From an uncultured bacterium (GTDB lineage: Bacteria > Babelota > Babeliae > Babelales > Babelaceae): DNA of 64,000 nucleotides. Shown here piece by piece: positions 60,545-64,000 of the stretch. The notes beneath the pieces were generated by a model that did not search any database, was not told the origin of the DNA, and saw nothing but the letters and a program-made list of their open reading frames with translations. The number at the start of each line of letters is the position of its first letter. Position 1 is the first letter of the stretch. The position numbers were made by a program, and so were the translations under genes. Location of the stretch: NCBI GenBank assembly GCA_963819815.1, contig CAWFXL010000001.1:544001-608000 (forward strand), in the 5' to 3' direction.

Positions 60545-62050
60545 CTATTTCTTTTTGAGTGTAGGGAAAAGTATCACTTCTTTGATCGAAGTAGTATTGG
60601 TGAGAATCATTGCTAAACGGTCGATCCCAATACCAACACCTGAGGTTGGCGGCAGTCCATACTCTAACGCACGTATAAAATCAGCATCAAATTGATGAGC
60701 CTCCTCATCACCAGCCTCCAAATTTTTGAGCTGATCGATGAAACGCTGCGCCTGATCGAAAGGATCATTTAACTCGTTATAGCTGTTTGCAATCTCCATG
60801 CCCGCAATAAAAAACTCAAACCGGGGAGCTATAGCAGGATTGTTCGGATCTTTTTTTGTCAGCGGCGATACCTCTATCGGGAACCCTACAATGAAGGTAG
60901 GCTGAATCAGCTTACTCTCAACAAGCTCTTCAAACAGCGCATAGACCTTTTCTGCAGGAGAAGCACCCTTTCTCAGCGTGACGCCATAGGTTTTCAATGC
61001 CGTATCAATTGTATCTTCTTGAAGATCGCTTTTGGTAAGTTTCGTATGTTCAATAAGCGCCTCAACCATGGAGCAGCGTTTAAACGGCTTCTCAAAGTCT
61101 ACAACATGCTCACCAAAAGGAGCATGAAGGGTACCACATACTTCTTTAACGACAGAGCGAACAAGCGCTTCTACAAAATTGAGACTATATTGGTAATCTT
61201 GATGAGCTGTATAAAATTCCAACATCGTAAACTCAGGATTATGACGCGTCGAAACACCTTCATTTCTAAAGTTCCGATTAATCTCAAAAACCCGCTCAAA
61301 ACCACCAATAATAAGCCGCTTTAAATACAGTTCAGGAGCTATACGTAAATAGAACTCTGAATGCAAGGCATTATAGTGCGTAACAAAAGGCTTTGCTGCA
61401 GCACCTCCTGCTATCGGATGCAGCATAGGAGTTTCTACTTCTACGTAATCATGAGCTTCAAGGTAGGCTCGCATCGTATGAATAAGTTTACTCCGCTTAA
61501 TAAAACGTTTACGAACCTCTTCGTCCATCAATAAATCTAAATACCGTTGACGGTACTTTGTTTCAATATCTTGTAACCCGTGAAACTTCTCAGGCAGTGG
61601 AAACAGACACTTTGAAAGGAGAACATATTTTTCAACCTTGAGGGTAACTTCACCCATCTTCGTTTTGAATGAGGAACCTTCTACCCACACAATATCCCCA
61701 ACATCAATAAGATGCTCAAAGATATCAAATGCTTCTTCCCCTACTTTATCACTGCGAAGATAGATCTGCAGACGCCCGGTGATATCCTGAATATGAGCAA
61801 ACGCAGTTTTTCCATGAAGACGAACGGTCATAAGTCGCCCTGCAATACTATACCGACGCTCAACCTCATCATCCTTAAATTCACTCAGAACCGTTTCACA
61901 GTGTGCTGTGGTCGGCATCATAGAAGGCCAAGGATCGATCCCTTTTTCACGAAGTTTGCGAACTTTTTCAACACGAACTCGATGCTCTGCCGACTCGTCA
62001 CTCAAGGCACCTTCAAGTTCGTGAAGGAGTCCATCTTTTTTTTCAGCCAT
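60545..62050 (-). CDS. lysS: Lysine--tRNA ligase (class II)
   Basis: YRQRYLDL, LRIAPELYLKRL, FRNEG..HNPEFT, GIGIDRL. Confidence 0.98.
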   Translation of the reverse strand: MAEKKDGLLHELEGALSDESAEHRVRVEKVRKLREKGIDPWPSMMPTTAHCETVLSEFKDDEVERRYSIAGRLMTVRLHGKTAFAHIQDITGRLQIYLRSDKVGEEAFDIFEHLIDVGDIVWVEGSSFKTKMGEVTLKVEKYVLLSKCLFPLPEKFHGLQDIETKYRQRYLDLLMDEEVRKRFIKRSKLIHTMRAYLEAHDYVEVETPMLHPIAGGAAAKPFVTHYNALHSEFYLRIAPELYLKRLIIGGFERVFEINRNFRNEGVSTRHNPEFTMLEFYTAHQDYQYSLNFVEALVRSVVKEVCGTLHAPFGEHVVDFEKPFKRCSMVEALIEHTKLTKSDLQEDTIDTALKTYGVTLRKGASPAEKVYALFEELVESKLIQPTFIVGFPIEVSPLTKKDPNNPAIAPRFEFFIAGMEIANSYNELNDPFDQAQRFIDQLKNLEAGDEEAHQFDADFIRALEYGLPPTSGVGIGIDRLAMILTNTTSIKEVILFPTLKKK

Positions 62051-62064
62051 TCTTTTTCATCTCA

Positions 62065-62820
62065 TTATGCTTTGACAGTACCCTTTTGTTCGATACTGTT
62101 TTGAGCGGCCACGTAATTTTTTTCAACCTGTTCCCAGTTTACCACATGCCACCAGGCATCACTATACTCAGCACGCCTATTTTGGTATTTCAAGTAATAA
62201 GCATGCTCCCATACATCAAGACCTAACAGCGGTATCAACCCTTGTGTAATAGGTGTATCTTGATTTGAGGTGGTCACAATTTTAAGGCCCCCATCTTTTG
62301 TAAGCACAAGCCATGCCCAACCGCTTCCAAATACACTCAGTGCAGCTTTATTAAACTGCTCCTTAAAGCTTTCAAGGCTACCAAAAGTTTTTTCAATAAG
62401 ATCTTTTATTAGGCCAACAGGTTGCTGTGCTGTAGGAGTCATACAAAGCCAGAAGAAGGAATGGTTATAATGGCCACCCCCATTATCACGAACTGCAGTA
62501 TGAATATATTCATAGTCTGGGAGTTCAGCTAAATGCGTAAGAAGGTATTCAAGAGATTTATTGCGAACCTCAGGAAAACTTTTTATTGCATCATTGAGCT
62601 TATCAACATATGCCTGATGATGCTTCGTATAATGAATCGTCATCGTCTCAGCATCAATATATGGTTCTAATGCATTAAATGCATAGGGCAAGGGAGGTAG
62701 CGTATAGGGATACGTTCCTTCAACATGGGCAACATGATTTTTATACATATAGGCACCACCAATAACAACCACTACCACGAGTCCCACTCCAAGGAGAATA
62801 GCAAGATTTCGATTCAACAT
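62065..62820 (-). CDS. Mn/Fe superoxide dismutase with N-terminal TM/signal anchor
   Basis: LAILLGVGLVVVVVIGGAYMY, then [22 protein letters not shown]. Confidence 0.92.
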   Translation of the reverse strand: MLNRNLAILLGVGLVVVVVIGGAYMYKNHVAHVEGTYPYTLPPLPYAFNALEPYIDAETMTIHYTKHHQAYVDKLNDAIKSFPEVRNKSLEYLLTHLAELPDYEYIHTAVRDNGGGHYNHSFFWLCMTPTAQQPVGLIKDLIEKTFGSLESFKEQFNKAALSVFGSGWAWLVLTKDGGLKIVTTSNQDTPITQGLIPLLGLDVWEHAYYLKYQNRRAEYSDAWWHVVNWEQVEKNYVAAQNSIEQKGTVKA

Positions 62821-62823
62821 AAC

Positions 62824-63438
62824 TCACCCACCATGTTTTTTATATAGTTCTTCAACGTAACCCCAATTCACCACATTCCACCAGGCTTGGATATAATCTA
62901 CACGACGATTTTGGTATTTGAGATAGTACGCATGCTCCCAAACGTCTAAACCAAGAATCGGCATATTCCCCTCTGACCAAGGCGTATCTTGATTAGCAGA
63001 AGAGGTAATTTCTAAGTTACCTGCCTTATTAAGAACCAGCCAGGCCCAACCACTACCGAAGCGGCTTTTTGCCGCAGTATTAAACTGTTCTTTAAATGCT
63101 TCAAAGGAGGTAAACTGCTTCTTAATTGCGTCAACTACAGTTCCTTGAGGAGTACCACCACCCTTGACCATCCAATCCCAAAAGAGTGTATGATTATAGT
63201 TTCCACCACCATTGTTTCTCACAGCAGTACGAATATCTTCAGGTATCTGCGTGAGGTTACCCAGTAACTCATCAAGTGTTTTACCCTGAAGTTCTGGATG
63301 ACCAGTAAGCGCTGCATTGAGGTTATCAACATACCCCTGGTGATGCTTCGTGTAATGGATCTCCATAGTACGCGCATCAATATAGGGCTCTAGGGCATCA
63401 TAGCTATATGGTAATGGGGGAAGCTTAAACATACTCAT
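62824..63438 (-). CDS. sodA: Superoxide dismutase, probably Mn-type, cytoplasmic
   Basis: [30 protein letters not shown]. Confidence 0.93.
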   Translation of the reverse strand: MSMFKLPPLPYSYDALEPYIDARTMEIHYTKHHQGYVDNLNAALTGHPELQGKTLDELLGNLTQIPEDIRTAVRNNGGGNYNHTLFWDWMVKGGGTPQGTVVDAIKKQFTSFEAFKEQFNTAAKSRFGSGWAWLVLNKAGNLEITSSANQDTPWSEGNMPILGLDVWEHAYYLKYQNRRVDYIQAWWNVVNWGYVEELYKKHGG

Positions 63439-63722
63439 CCTTCAGGTAACAAATACACCGTTTCATTTTTGTAAGCCATTTGAAGCTCTTTTCGAGCTAT
63501 GCTTTCTTTATAAAAAGGATTCTGCTGACGCTCATCAAGTTCATATTGGAGTTGAGCTATTTCTTCATCAAGCATCTTTATGTCACTCAGAAGTTCCTTA
63601 TTAAGAGCATCGGCCTGCCTCAATGCGTGCAGACCACCCTTTCCAAACAAATAAAAAAAGACCACTAAAGCAATCTCAAAGCCGATAATAACACGTAATG
63701 CCGTTCTTTGTAATTCTTTCAT
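63435..63722 (-). CDS. Septum formation initiator (FtsB/DivIC-like)
   Basis: TM + FGKGG + coiled coil + [13 protein letters not shown]. Confidence 0.82.
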   Translation of the reverse strand: MKELQRTALRVIIGFEIALVVFFYLFGKGGLHALRQADALNKELLSDIKMLDEEIAQLQYELDERQQNPFYKESIARKELQMAYKNETVYLLPEG

Positions 63723-64000
63723 AGGGTACTATTCTTTGGACGTCTCGCCACGTTTATGTTCACAAGGATAATTTCTCTGAATCTAGCGTAAAAGCATGAT
63801 CTTGACAAGCGAAAATTAGTAAGCATCAACCCCATAAGTGATTCAAATGGGGCAAGAAAGTAAGGTGGGCACACTTCATCTAAGATCGTGAACTGGAATG
63901 CAAAGCGGATCAAGCGTTACACTACTTGGTTGTTTGCTTATTGCCAGATTCATCAAAAACCCTATTGGATCCTAAGCAAGAGATATCATACAGCTTCTAT

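Overview
Gene-dense, fairly AT-rich bacterial chromosome segment. I found no rRNA, tRNA, transposase or true CRISPR array. Many orphan ORFs start with short Sec-type signal peptides (often followed by a Met), and there are several ankyrin proteins and eukaryote-like enzymes (AAMDC/Mth938, aminoacylase-1, PPP phosphatase). This suggests an intracellular parasite of protists, most likely Babelota/Dependentiae (TM6); the taxonomy is an inference. Housekeeping and metabolic genes (zwf, gnd, recJ, cmk, lysS, two Mn/Fe-SODs, FtsB-like, YbaK, AlaX, LigD polymerase domain, M16 peptidase, tripartite ABC efflux operon) are interspersed with candidate secreted effectors. Highlights: (1) three 35-bp palindromes at an exact 55-bp period, covering the predicted promoter of an ATPase-wHTH-PD-(D/E)XK nuclease gene; (2) a tandem pair of secreted kinase-like/ankyrin proteins, one fused to a MacroD-type macrodomain; (3) an operon of secreted coiled-coil proteins ending in a CaaX (CLLL) protein; (4) two ATP-cone/Mrr-nuclease paralogs; (5) an unannotated 34-aa leader peptide before a secreted GNAT + aminoacylase pair; (6) a recent tandem duplication of a secreted AAMDC-like gene, with a frameshift in copy 2. 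Family assignments come from motifs recognised by eye, not database searches.
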